A DNA stretch of 63,328 bases, filler included, from Choristocarpus tenellus KU-1152 (Eukaryota > Protista > Phaeophyceae): NCBI GenBank assembly GCA_964200185.2. It is 12 parts of 12 records of this genome, joined end to end, with 100 filler letters (N's around TTAATTAATTAA, not from the genome) between each part and the next. Parts side by side here need not be neighbours in the genome. Positions count along the whole stretch, not along the records: positions 36,749 to 41,336 come from CAXNAD020013890.1; positions 41,437 to 44,596 come from CAXNAD020021873.1; positions 44,697 to 56,403 come from CAXNAD020002177.1; 9 more parts are not named here. The stretch is one strand, 5' to 3'. A program made the position numbers and the translations under genes. The notes beneath the pieces are model-generated. The model was not told the origin of the DNA. It worked only from the letters and a program-made list of their open reading frames with translations, and ran no database searches. Below are positions 39,026 to 51,989 of this stretch, one piece after another (position 1 is the first letter of the stretch; the number at the start of each line of letters is the position of its first letter).

Positions 39026-39351
39026 CATTTTTTTTAAGAGAGAAGCAGTAATTTAAACGCTTTAAGAGAAATAAACAATCACAGAAAAACAAAAAACGAA
39101 GAATAGATATCTTTTACTTTTTGTAAAGATACGACAGTTACAAAAAAGATGCACTCTTCCCTTCCGTTCCTCACCAACAACAGTTATTGATCACACAAAA
39201 AAATGTTCTGATAGATCCACTCCGTGACCACTTCATAAAAACTAAAAAAAATGAAACAGTACACAAAGGAATGGTTTTTATATTACTATTTTTATTGTTG
39301 TACTACTACTACTTAAAATAATAATAATAATAATAATAATAATCTTCTCAC

Positions 39352-39404
39352 CGAAAAGCTTGGGAAGTATTCTTGTTGCTCTTTTCCGGAAAATACAACC
39401 ATGC
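39352..39404 (-). CDS. TPC-like exon: end of S5 and turret
   Basis: aag|(x)MVVFSGKEQQEYFPSFS|gtgag; splices in phase 0 to exon 36963. Confidence 0.7.
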
Positions 39405-39537
39405 CTTTCGTTGGTCCCAGTAGTAGCAAACACACACATAACACACGCATATGACACACATAACATACGCATAACACAAATAAAAAATAAGAAACAAGAC
39501 ATGCAAAAAAAGAGAAAACAATAAAGTTCAATGTACG

Positions 39538-39585
<48 letters not shown>

Positions 39586-40694
39586 TACTATCACTTTAAA
39601 AATGCTGTTTTAAATATGCTTACTTTTAGGTTTAAAAAATGTATATATATATATTTTTTTTAAGGTGCAGTTATCGGATGGTTACATAGCATGCGTAACA
39701 TGCACAAAAACCTAACAGCACATGATTGAATGGTGGATGGATGGATGGATGGATGGATGAATGGAGAAAGAGAGAGAAGAGGTAGGGTAAGGGTCTAAGA
39801 AAAGGTTCACAAACCATACGCCATGTCACAAACATTGCAAAAAAAAGATGCCTAAATAAATAAATCAAATTTTAGACAAAAAAAATAATGAAGGGCTCTA
39901 TGTCCACAAATCAAATCACATCATTTACTTGAAAGAGCACAGAGAGGATTCAGCAGAGTAGTTGGCTTGTATAAAGCAAGAGAGATAAAAAGTAATAATA
40001 TATATATAAACATACATTCAAGGCGCATACTACACAACGGTAGTACAATATAAACATACTATTCTGTTCCTATTATATTATCATACAGAATAGTATCGTG
40101 TTCAGAACAATAATATAGGTACAAGTACTAATCAGCACTGCAACAAAAGCATTCAGTTTCAGAATACATATATATATACACACACACATGTGGAGTGCAA
40201 TATTGACAGAAAAAAATGAAACAAATATGAGGATGATTGAAAGGCATCAATCACTGCATAAATCACACCTGAGTAAGCAAAGACGGGTGAAGAGATCAAT
40301 CCAATGTAACACTGAAATCATGCTTCAGTTTCCAACAATAAAAAAATAAGTCACAAAATGTTTTCAAAAATGCATCACTACTACTGAAATCATACTTCAA
40401 TATATATACACAATTACATTTTTATTTATATGTATATATACATATTTAATTTATATATATATATATTGGTGTGAGCGATGATCAACACGCAATTAGTAAT
40501 AAAAATAAAAATGGAAGGTTTCCGAAGACCAAACACCATCGCATAAAGTAATAATAATGATAATATATATATATATATAATAAGATCGGTATAACATGCA
40601 TTGTACCATCATACCGCCACATATTGTTTTCATGCCACAGCTGCAATAACCAAACCTGTAAGAAGAAAAAAGTACCAACAGGCAAAGGAGGAGA

Positions 40695-40948
40695 GACTGA
40701 AAGTTGTATCTTAGTGGGTACGAGCTTTGCCCTGTTTGTACATTTGGGGCTTGGCTTCCCATGGGGTTTTTTAATGGCACTTTATCTACTCCAAAATGTT
40801 TCGGAGTAGGTAAAATGTATATATAGGTTATGAAAAGGTGTGTCCAGAACAAGGATAATGATATCTCCCAACAAACACGATAGCCAAAATTATATCAAAA
40901 TCGCAACACTGGATTGTGGTCCCCAAATGGACGCGGCTGTACCCTCCA
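40695..40948 (+). mobile_element. MITE-A (right TIR damaged)
   Basis: Body matches the other copies. Confidence 0.85.
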
Positions 40949-41038
40949 ATAGTATCTTAGCTATACCTTGACTATACCTTGACTATAAAACGTGCATACA
41001 TTTTAAATTGAAGAGCAAAGAAAAATGTCAAGATCTGT

Positions 41039-41086
<48 letters not shown>

Positions 41087-41436
41087 GAGTCCTTGACATT
41101 AACATCAGAGTGAATCAAGAGGACCCTTCACCTGCCACAACAAGTTTTTTTTTAAAGCGCGAGCGACCAGACCCCACCGATCGAGAGGAGCTGGGACACA
41201 GAGAGGACGTCTTAAAACTTTAAAACTTCAAAATTAAAATTTCTAGAACAACCAGGCGTGTTAGGTGGCGTGTTGAGAACTGGGGGAGGGAGGGCCCTGC
41301 CAAGACCGTAGCATGGATGACTACGGGGTGAATGGGNNNNNNNNNNNNNNNNNNNNNNNNNNNNNNNNNNNNNNNNNNNNTTAATTAATTAANNNNNNNN
41401 NNNNNNNNNNNNNNNNNNNNNNNNNNNNNNNNNNNN

Positions 41437-44281
41437 AAGGGTAAGGCTCGCGCAAGGAGCGCGGGCGGGTCACCCACGACACAACCCCTTTTACATCCCC
41501 CCTCACGCAGTGAAACGGCCGACATGGAGAAGTGCATGTGGGTCTCGGCGTGGTTGCACATTATACAGACACACAGGTCGTCTCTGCTTGTTTGTTTTCG
41601 CGTTGGTTTGCACACAGGTCTTGGCTGCTTGTACATCATGTGGATTGCTCGTCCTTTGTACCTTGGATGTGTCGCTTTTTTGGAGGGTTCAATGGGCCAT
41701 GGAACTTAGTGTTTTGACGTCTACCCTCCTTCCACAAGATGTATCTGATGAGTCTGGCGTTGTGGAGGGTACGGCCGGACATTTTGGAGATGCTGTGGAA
41801 ATATTGTCAGGAACTCACTTAATGAAAAGATTGCCTGCACCGTAGCTTACTATGCCGTCGTTCTTGTCGTGCTGTCTGTCTACTGTGTCATGTGTCATGA
41901 TGTCCAAGCAGGAGTGAGAACACTGCACTACACAACCTTCGCCCTCTCGACCCCACGGTATCCTTAGACAAATTTGGTGATTTCGCCTTCCGCAACGCGC
42001 CAAAACTCGCCATAGTATCCATTGCCGCTGAGCCAAGACTCCTCATCGACGAAGAGGCGACCAACACACACCTGCGCGAGATGCTTCAGTGCTTGCGGCC
42101 TAAGATGCATCCTCAGGGCACCATTGCGCTCATTCTGCCCCACCCGTGGAAGGCGCAATTACACGGCCTAGTAGGTGAGTTGCAGAGTTCCCAAGTGGTG
42201 GAATACGGGGTATAATGCGGGAGACCGATGCGATCCAGGTGGCCGTTATCATTCCGTCCGTGTGCCGATCGAATATTGTGCGACCGTTCAGGAGATGCGG
42301 ATTAGGTCGTGTGTATTCCTTTTTCACTTTCCCCATGTTGTTTCATGTCCTTCGTACCTTCTAATTCCTTTTGTGTCGCTTGCTCTTTCCCCCCGGCAAC
42401 TACGTACTTCTTTGTTTCATTGTCCGCGAACCGCATGCTGGCATTACTCGTTTTCACTACATTTTTTTGCCATATTTACTTCTGTTATTAATTAATTTCC
42501 TATTGTTTGCATTTTTTGCATTGATTATTTGCCTTGCGTTCCACACTCATTGTACTATTATAATGTTAGTGGTAGGAGATTTCATGAATCCCTACGATAT
42601 CTACTTGTGTGATGTCACTGTCAAGTTTGACGCATGCCGGACCCACGGGCTCGCTCCCGCCTTCTCTTCATTCAGAGGCTCTTACTGCGTCAAAGGTGGG
42701 CTTGATTGTGGAGGATAATCCCCTAACCCTAATATACAAGACGAGGAGGGAGGGGCGCCCTCAATGAGGCACAGATAACCATCTCAGATGTTGTCAGGAC
42801 ATGATTCTTCTCGCACACAACGATGGGACAATGTTCACATGCAATAAGCGAGTCACTGTCGTCGACATCTTTGGCCACGGGCGTGATGCATCTCCTCCGG
42901 TACTCCAAACCATGTTGGACGTCGAATACGAAGGTGCTGCCTCGGACATCCCCATGAGGGCCCTCCACTTCCTCCTTAATAGGTTCGTTAATAACGTCAC
43001 ACACATCCTTCTTCACAGAAGCAGCGATTTTTTTTTGTATAGGTATAGGACATTGTTAAACAGTAACAGAACGAGCTGGGTGACGGTTCAGCGGCGTCAA
43101 TCCACCCCACGAGTTTGTTTCCCGAATCGGTATGTTAAGCGTCAAAACGCACCAAGAGTGTGTTGCCCTGTATCGGAACGTTACTCATACATTGCGACAT
43201 GATGAATCCGTGCGCAATACAACATACCACGTTAGGGCTAATTTACGAACTGCCCTCCTACGATAGGTACACGAATGCTGGGGGCACCATCGTCTCCTAC
43301 AGCGCAGAGAGGCACAATGTGGTGGAGGCGGCCCTTGAACGGAGCAAGAGGGTGGAGGTGTTCGTGCCCAACACGGCGTCAAAGGACGAGGTGAAAGAGA
43401 AGATAGACACGTCCTTCAGCCAAACCTACAAGGACGGCAAGTGGAAGGTAAGAAGGATGTGCTGGATTTTTTTCCATTGCTTTCCAACTTGTTGTCTGTT
43501 TTCGTTCCCTATGGATAGGTCTCGGGCGTGCAATTGTTCTGGTGATGTTTCCTTGTAGATGTTTACACGTTGCCAACAGGGTACACACAATTACCCATAC
43601 CACCGCTGGAAATCGCGAGTCCCCAAGAGTGAAAGTATCTTAGAGGGTACGAATTTTGCCCTATTTGTCCATTTGGGGCTTGGCTTCCCATGGGTATTCT
43701 AGGACATTATCCTACACCGAAAAGTTTCGGAGTATGTAAAATGTGTAAAACTATGAACCGGTTTGTCGGAACAAGGATATTGACCCTTCCTAAAGAGCAC
43801 GATAGTCAAAATTACATCAAAATCGCAACATTGGATATTGGCCACCATACGGACGTGGCTCTACCCTCTAAGATACTTTGACTCCAAGAGTTTGACGTGA
43901 TTGTCGGTACGTCATAATGTCCTCCTTCCCCGCACGAACAAAAACAAACGTGCTGCAGTACACCACAACATCTTTAACCAATGCCGGAATAGCCCATACA
44001 TATGTGACAAAACCTTATCGCATGGCTAACCCACTTCACTGCCACTTTGTTGGGCTATCACATGTACGCACATGATGTTCCAGGTATCCATGTATCTTGT
44101 TCAGGAACACGTGATAGACCCTGCCTGCCTGCCGGAAGCCTTGGGGCAGACCCTTGTCCCAACGGAGACGCAGCGATGTTTTGCTGAGGCAGTCCATCCT
44201 CAGGGAAAGGCGATGGGACGCGATGAGGCGACCATTTTCGTTGCGAAGACGGTGGCGACGGACTTCGGCTACCAGATCGAG
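41437..44281 (+). pseudogene. Multi-exon gene with degenerate beta-class N4C/N6A DNA methyltransferase-like domain; disrupted by MITE and TGA
   Basis: Phase-consistent GT-AG exons: 41511-41537, 41739-?, 41968-42174, 42576-42695, 42775-42982, 43267-43447, 43559/43580-43906, 44084-44281; motifs described under findings. Confidence 0.6.
43627..43884 (+). mobile_element. MITE-A inserted in an exon
   Basis: TIR GAGTGAAAGTATCTTAGAGGGTA / TACCCTCTAAGATACTTTGACTC; TSD CAA. Confidence 0.93.
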
Positions 44282-44696
44282 GTGAATGTGTTATAGAATG
44301 CGCTAACTTACGTATTTTGTGAAGATCGAATGGCAGAGTTTAGTTACCAGCACGCCGAAAAGACTATTTATATTCGTTAGTCCTGACCTACCTAATGCGG
44401 CACCCAAATACGTCATGTACAAAAATATGGACCTTACAGGTAAGTATTGCATCGGTAGTGTGTTCGACGTTTGCCACAATAAGGTTGCCGTTTTTGCACC
44501 ACCTTCTTCGGACGATATTACCTCCAAATCACGAACATTCATGAATCGCCGTACTCTACCCCCCTCCCCTCAACACCCCCCGACCCCACCCGCCGCNNNN
44601 NNNNNNNNNNNNNNNNNNNNNNNNNNNNNNNNNNNNNNNNTTAATTAATTAANNNNNNNNNNNNNNNNNNNNNNNNNNNNNNNNNNNNNNNNNNNN

Positions 44697-44937
44697 GGGT
44701 AGAGCCGCGTCCATTTGGGGGCCAAAATCCAATGTTGCGATTTTGAAGTAATTTTGGCTATCCTGTTAGTTAGGAAGTGCCAATATCCTTGTTGCGGACA
44801 CACCATTTCATAACGTATACATTTTACCTACTCAAAAATATTTTGGAGAAGGAAAATGTCATTAAAAAAAACGAGGGAAGCCAAACTCCAAATGGACAAA
44901 CAGGGCAAAACTCGTATCCTCTAAGATACTTTCACTC
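44697..44937 (-). mobile_element. MITE-A (cut by contig start)
   Basis: Ends CTCTAAGATACTTTCACTC. Confidence 0.9.
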
Positions 44938-47775
44938 ATCCTGGGAATTTCTTGACTGTGGGGGGAAGCTGGGCGCATTGCATTTTGAGCCCCACGCCCA
45001 ATATTTGGGCTCTCACCCCCAGTCATGTCTGCCATGCTTCCTGTTGCAGAAGCCTCTTCTTCGTTATGTATATCCAAATTTATGTCTTCATCAAATTCTG
45101 ACTCTCCAAGCATGTCTAGCTCTGGCTCCCCCACTAGCTCCAGCAGTTTGGTTTCAGGCTGGAAAGTCACCTGTGCTGAGGTCACGAGCTTTTCTTCCTG
45201 TGGGATCCATACGTGCCAGCATAGTGAAACCCTGTCGCGTCCAACAAAGATCCCCCACTTCGCATATGGGTGGAACTTGGCATTAGCGCCGCGCTGTTGC
45301 TTGGTTTGGTGTACAAAACACTCTGTCTCAAATACTCGAAGCCGATTGTACAAAACACTCTGCATCTCACTACCACCCCATCTCGAGCCATTTCGTCTAT
45401 GTAGGCAGCAGTGGGGATGGAGCTGGAGAATTTGGTAGGAGCATAGTGTTCCGACGCATGTTAACAGAGTGAGGCGTCAAATGGTGTAAGAGCCCTCCAC
45501 GCACGCCCCAGAGCAATGGAATTGCTGAGAGGGCAATCAAACAAGTTATGCAAGCGGTAAGCAGCCAGTTGATTCAGGCTGGATTGGGGGAGGAGTTCTG
45601 GTTCTTCGCGGTAGCAGATGCCACATATAAGACCACTGGCATGCCGCACGAGTACCTAGGAGGCAAGACACCATACGAGCGCCTGAATAACAAGCCATTC
45701 AACGACAATCGGCTTCGAGTATTTGAGACAGAGTGTTTTGTACACCAAACCAAGCAACAGCGCGGCGCTATTGCCAAGTTCCACCCATATGCAAAGAGGG
45801 GGATCTTTGTTGGACGCGACAGGGTGTCACTATGCTGGCACGTATGGATCCCACAGGAAGAAAAGCTCGTGACCTCAGCACAGGTGACTTTCAAGCCTGA
45901 AACCAAACTGCTGGAGCTAGTGGGGGAGTCAGAGCTAGACATGCTTGGAGAGTGAGAATTTGTTGAAGACATAAATTTGGATATACAAAATGTCACTATG
46001 CTGGCACGTATGGATCCCACAAGAAGAAAAGCTCGTGACCTCAGCATAGGTGTAGCACAATTTTATTCCTGTCACGTCCAGGTTAAAAGGTCCCTCCATA
46101 TCTGTGCGCACCACCTCCCCCACTGTCTTGGGACTGCGGCCTCCCCAAGCATAACTGAGTGCCTCAGACTTGCACTCCTTGCATACCTTGCAATGGAGCT
46201 CTGAGGCGACTGTAGCATCTGCGATATCCAGGAGGCCTCGTTTCTCCATATGCTTAATAGCGAATGGGTTGAGGTGACCAATGATGTTGTGCCAGTCAGA
46301 GAGAGAGAGACGCTGCTTTTTATTTGCGTAGCTAGCATTGACCTTGGCCTGGCCCTTCTTCCCTTTTTTTATCTGAAACTGGGTCCTCAGCATCAGGAAG
46401 GCTCCCTTCTCTTCTAGATAGATCTTGGCTGCCCCTTTGTTGGGCTGAATATAGCTTCTCCTGATCCCAGAGTCCACAAATTCACCTCCCTCACGCCGCA
46501 GGCTGCCGGTGCTAAGAAGTCTGCATGGTAGAACAGGTACCCAGAGCACATCCTGGAGCACAATCTTGGTCGGCTTACCCTTTGCGTTAGTGGCCTCGAG
46601 TATCATCTTGCCTGAAGCTTGTGCTTGTAATGTACCTTTATTGCCAAAAGTACAAGTACGGGTGATTATTGCAGTAAGATTCTGCAGTCCTAGGGTAAGA
46701 TGAACTATTGCTCCTGAGTCGCATAGGAGGCTGATGGTCTCTATCTTGGTCAGATCTTGAGTCGAGGATAGATGTGCTGTCTTGACCATTTTGTTATATG
46801 CGTCCTCCCCTACAGACAGATTCATGGCCAGGAATGCTCGCGATGAGCCCTGGTGATTAGCTTTGTCTCCGCCTATGTCACCACTGTTCCTTTCCCTGGT
46901 TGGTGGTGGGGGAAATATTGGTTTCGGCATCCCATAACGGCGCTTAGCAGGAGGTTGGCCAGTAGACTATGAGGGTCATTCTCGCCACCAGTGATTATAT
47001 TTTAAACAGAATGTACATTGGTTGGGATCGAAGCCTCTCTTGGATCTTTGTTGTCTTTTATGATTTTCTTCTCCTGTGTGAAGCGCCATCGCCCCCGATC
47101 TCCTAGATGTGTCTCCTATGACCTCGATGATCATGTAAGACGAGGAAGATATGATGGCGTTCTTGAGCTGATCATAAGTTAGTTCTGGGGTTGTTGTTAG
47201 CTGTGCAAAAACCTGTGGAATGCTGTCTCTGATTCCTATGATCAGAGCTCCCTTTTTAGCATGACCTCCTTGGTTGCATCCAGCTGCTCGTACTCAGTCC
47301 AGATGCGATCAAGACGAATCACGAAATCTGCAGCGTCCTCCACGTGGAGCAGTACATATCACGCATTTTCATTTCTAGAGCAATGAGCTGCATGGGCCGC
47401 TGAACTGCAGCTCACCCTCTATAAATTTGCTCCAGCTCGAGCCATGCTGTCCTCCCATCGGGGCTGCAATTATGCTCGTGTGAGCTGACCACCATCGCAG
47501 CAGCTCCTCTCGTGCCCTGGTCCAAAAGGAACCATTAGGCATCACGATGTTTAACGTACTCCTCGTACGCGCTGCGTTCTCCAAACGATGTGTCAGGCGT
47601 GGAAGGTGCAGGAATGCGGTATTCTGGTTGGAGGATCCGGTACAGTCCTTTACCTCCTGCATAGCTTACCAGCGCCATCCGCCATTCCGCCCACTTCTCC
47701 CGTGTATACCCCCGTGCTCCACTCCATAGTGGCAGCTTACGTTGGTCCGCTTCCATACCACTGAGGCTCATAACC
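44938..47775 (-). mobile_element. Ty1/copia internal region: PBS-gag-CCHC-protease-integrase, with an inverted/duplicated IN segment (45415-46050 on +)
   Basis: MSLSGMEAD; CTFCLKYNHWWRE* zinc knuckle; LCDSGAIVHLT; WHNIIGH..CKVCKECK; TDMEGPF; PQSNGIAER. Confidence 0.95.
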
Positions 47776-48032
47776 TATGCTAAAGAGAGCTACTCTGATA
47801 GAGTATTTTGCTTTATGTGGTATGGATTTATTTATTAGCGGAGTGAGAACTACCCTCAAGGTTTGGGATGCTCTCCCTTGTTATCTAGTTCATTCGTCAT
47901 CAAACACGCCAGAAATATGTTTAGAATTCGTTTGTGACAGTTACACTACGTCAGTCACTTATAAGTTCAAGTTAAACTACATCAGTTACTTTTACAATAT
48001 AAACCATATAGACTACCAGTCTATATTGCACA
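47776..48032 (-). mobile_element. Copia family 1 5' LTR (257 bp, TG..TA)
   Basis: Homologous to 34897-35220; abuts PBS GGTTATGAGCC (47775-47765). Confidence 0.9.
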
Positions 48033-49009
48033 GATGTAGGGACTGAAAGATGAAAATCAACAGTCACAGAGGTCCCATAACAATAACGGCACCCTGCTCG
48101 TAGATATCTTCAGCATAATATTTGGAGATTGAGGTGTTTTAAGCTCACGCAGGGTCATCATTTCAATAAACTTCAACACAGGCTACCATCCATGTCTCCA
48201 TCCACCCTTTCTCCACATCCTCCCCCTCTTAATCGTTATTTTCTATAGATCGTTTCTATGTGTACCACATGGGCGATATAGTCTTCAGTCACAGTGGAAG
48301 CAAAAAGGTTCTCCTGCTTCATCTTGCTCTCTTCATCCAGTCGTCTTAAACTTCAACTTTCTTCATCCGTGCACATTTGCCAGCTTTACTCAAGGCTAAA
48401 TGGTCAATCTTTGTCTTTTTCCTTCTTTGCGCTTGGATCTCATGAACGGTTTGAAGTTTGCACAACTGACATTGTGGTTTGTTATCCACAGTTCCCACAT
48501 ATGACTAGGAAGAATTCGTTGTTTCAACAGGATGTCATCAGGTCAACATTATTCCAAACCAGAGCAGACAATCGCTCAACTCCTCTGCTTCACTATCCAA
48601 CAAAAAGAACTAGCTCCTTTTGATGATAGATTATCGATGCTACAAATTGAATCTTCAAAATTCGATCAGACCCCGAAAAATCGAAGCGCAAGTCATGGGG
48701 AAATTTTCGATTGGTTATATTGCGAGTGAATCCCTGCCCACGAATGGTCATCGAGGTCGGCGATTCGTACGCCTCCATTCGTGTAGACGCTTGAGAAGAT
48801 AATGGAGGTAGCAGACTAGGCGGGGATCACAGACTTCTTTGACGGAGAGTATAACAATGGGTCTCTCCATCTGGAAACCTACCTACAAGTACAGGCACAG
48901 ATGCCCTCATGTGCGGGGGGGTTGCCCTATCCTCTATGAAGCATCGTCAACATGCAGCTTTCGTAGGATCAGTAGTGGCTACTCTCCCCATCATCCTAGC
49001 AAGGCAACA

Positions 49010-50060
49010 AGGTCCTCATAGCGAATCTTTCTCACAACCCATCTGTACGAGCCCCACAGTAGGGGCCCTGGGATCATCCACCCACACCATCCTCTCTACA
49101 GGAGTCCCCTCAGAAAACTTGGCGGAAATTATAGGCCAAGGCTGGGTAACCTGGGGGGCACCACATCCCCCACACCGGTCCCGCAGGTCCACACTCTTTT
49201 AGCCCATGACGCAAGGATTACAAGGAGGGCACAACATGAGATGACCCACCTCCTAAACAAAATCTGCTTTGACTCTCTCCGGATCCAATTGGCCGCCTTA
49301 CCTGATGAAGTAAACAAGGGAAGGAAAGTTCCTCGCCCTGGCACGCCACCGGAGCCAATGTGGACAAGGGGCAAATGCATGGGCCTCAACACAACACAGG
49401 ATGTCAGGTTCGCCAACACACACTGATGGTGAAGCGTCTAAATCAATTTTGCAAAGGAATGGGCATCCCTTGCACTATGGAGGATGGTAGCCCATCTACA
49501 CGGGACAGGAATTTCCTCATGGATCTGGTATTCCATGCTGGGGCACTAGTGGACACCGGATTGGCCCCCTAGCGGGACAAAGGCCTCCTTCTAGATGTTG
49601 CTTTTACAGAAGTGCAGGCAGCATCTCACCTCCCACACTCATCCACCAGTAATGGTGTAGCTGCTGCTGCAGCTTAGGCGCAAAAGCGCACCCACTACAA
49701 GGGATCGTTTGACCCTCGTAGTTACAACCTCAATACCTTCACGGTGTAAAGTTTGGGCGCCTCGGTAAGTAATTGTAAGTTTTCTGGGTGAGTCAACTAC
49801 GCATGTGTTAGGGGGGAGAGGGACAGGAGGCTACAGCAGAAAAGGGGCTGTCAAATCAAGTCTACACCAGATAGTCTCAGTCATAACGCAAGTAGCCATA
49901 TCTAGACGTGTCATGCTTTTTTCAAGCTGGAGACACCAGGGAGGTGGCTTGTTAATTCTTGGGGTGTGCTTCCCTAGCTCCTCACCCTGGGGTGCAGGAC
50001 TAAGCTAGGTTGGAGGCACAGGAAGCCAGTGGTGCAGCATAGCTGATAATAAAATAGGAA
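49010..50060 (+). mobile_element. CRE-like non-LTR retrotransposon 3' part (restriction-like endonuclease)
   Basis: H.LMVKRL..MEDG...FLMDLV...LLLDVAF...AAA.AQKRTHY...FTV.SLG/GRLG...IVSVITQVAISRRV. Confidence 0.75.
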
Positions 50061-51989
50061 ATAGATAATGTCTCTGAACTTTTTTGTTCGAAATCGTGAA
50101 GAACATATGCACATATAAGTACAATGATATTGCTAAGAGGAATAGATACGTGGAAATTCCTATATATTTACACATATGCCATTTTCACATCTATCCCAAC
50201 CAAATGAGAGGCAGGCAGGTTTGGACCCTTGCGCATTCTAGACCATCATTCTTACCCTGTGCAATACACCATTTCATTGCTTTATGTATGCAATAGTGTA
50301 CGCAATATTATTTTCCCCACCTTCCACATACAAAGTGACACCACAATTCAGCAAAGGCTTCCTTCTCAGTTGTAGACAAAATGTTCTATTTTTGGCCCTT
50401 CTCGGGATCCTTAAAATACAACCTTGCCTACCTCTCAGTTGATTTGACTCATTTGACCCTTGATGAATGGGCGTCTTCATCTATTGCACATGGTAAAATC
50501 ATCCCATGAAAGTCAGACGCCACAATTTTGCTTTAGTCATGAATTCTGAATTGATAAATTCACCTCGTCTGAGCCTTCCGTCCACCCTACTTCTCCTCAA
50601 ATAATGTAACGCAGCTTCTTCCCTTCCCTCCACACACAATCATTTTTACCTCAGAAACTATGAGGTCAATTCTGCACCTCCAGCCACCACTCACAGCAGT
50701 CAATTCCTCGTATCCAATGACCAACCAATGTGACCAATCTTTGCCACTGGTTTCCAGTCACGAACCATTGCGACCACTAACCAAAGCGGCCAATCTCCAC
50801 ATATCCAATGTCCTACCGATGCTATCAATCTTCGCCACTGGTTTCCAGTCCCCAACCCATGCCGCCAATTCCCGCAAATCCTCTCCACTTTTCTCCACAA
50901 CACTCTCAATCGCACCACTTCCCATCACATCTTTCTACCCCGCACCACTCAACACCACTCCGCAACACTCTCCACCACTTCACTCTCCACCACTTCACAT
51001 TAATCCGAAAGCACCCCCCAATCGTCAATTTCAATACTGTACCTTTGAACTAGAAGGCATCTACCCCTCCCGAACTTGACATCCACCCCCCCCAGCATCC
51101 CACTCAATTGTGAGCAATCACGAGGGTGGGCGGGAAAGATTGCTCGGAGGTTGCCTTGGTCTTGCCCTATATTGTCCTCCTACTCCGCCCTCGTCTTTTA
51201 CCTTTTACTCTTTCCCAGTCCTTCTTACCTCGATTATCCACCTAACCCCCATTTCCATTTAACTTCTCGATCGCATGATCTGTCTCCCAGCCATCCCAGC
51301 ATCAAACAGCAAAACACACAAAAAAACGGAGGCGTCCTTAACTTTTCTTCTACTCTCCTATATTTTTCTTCTATTCCTACCAAGACTTAGCTTACTACAC
51401 GTATTTTCCCATTTTTGACTTCTCACACCCACAAAACTCAGATTAGATCATAAGTTTCCCATTAACAAATCTAAGTGAATCACTTCCAGCTAAGGAAACA
51501 AAATAGATGAAGGTATGCTTTTCTGGCATTATGTGTACTACCCCACTTGAAAAGGTGTTGCATGTTTATTCTTGACAGAAGTTCAAAATCATAGAAATAC
51601 AAGTACCTCAGCGGCCACTTTCTTCTGGTATGCACACTTTCTCACGAGATTCTTTCTGCTTGGTTGTCAGTACTCTTATCTCCCGTCTCACTTTATCCAC
51701 CTCCAAAATAAGGTTCCTATTGAGGTGCAAGTATACTCGATTCAAGCGAATGGAGAGATTGGCATGTTGTATTTTATGGATCCCGAAAAAGGGAAAAAAA
51801 GATGCCATGGTGTACCATTGCAGAAGATCCTTCGCTGAATTGTGGTGTCACTCTGTATGTGGAAAGGGGGAGAATCGATTTTGCGTATACTATTGTGCGC
51901 ATAGAGCAATGAAATGGAGTGGTACTGCACAGGTTGAACAAGATGGCATAGAATGAAAATGGCTCCAAACCTACATACCTCTCAATTGG

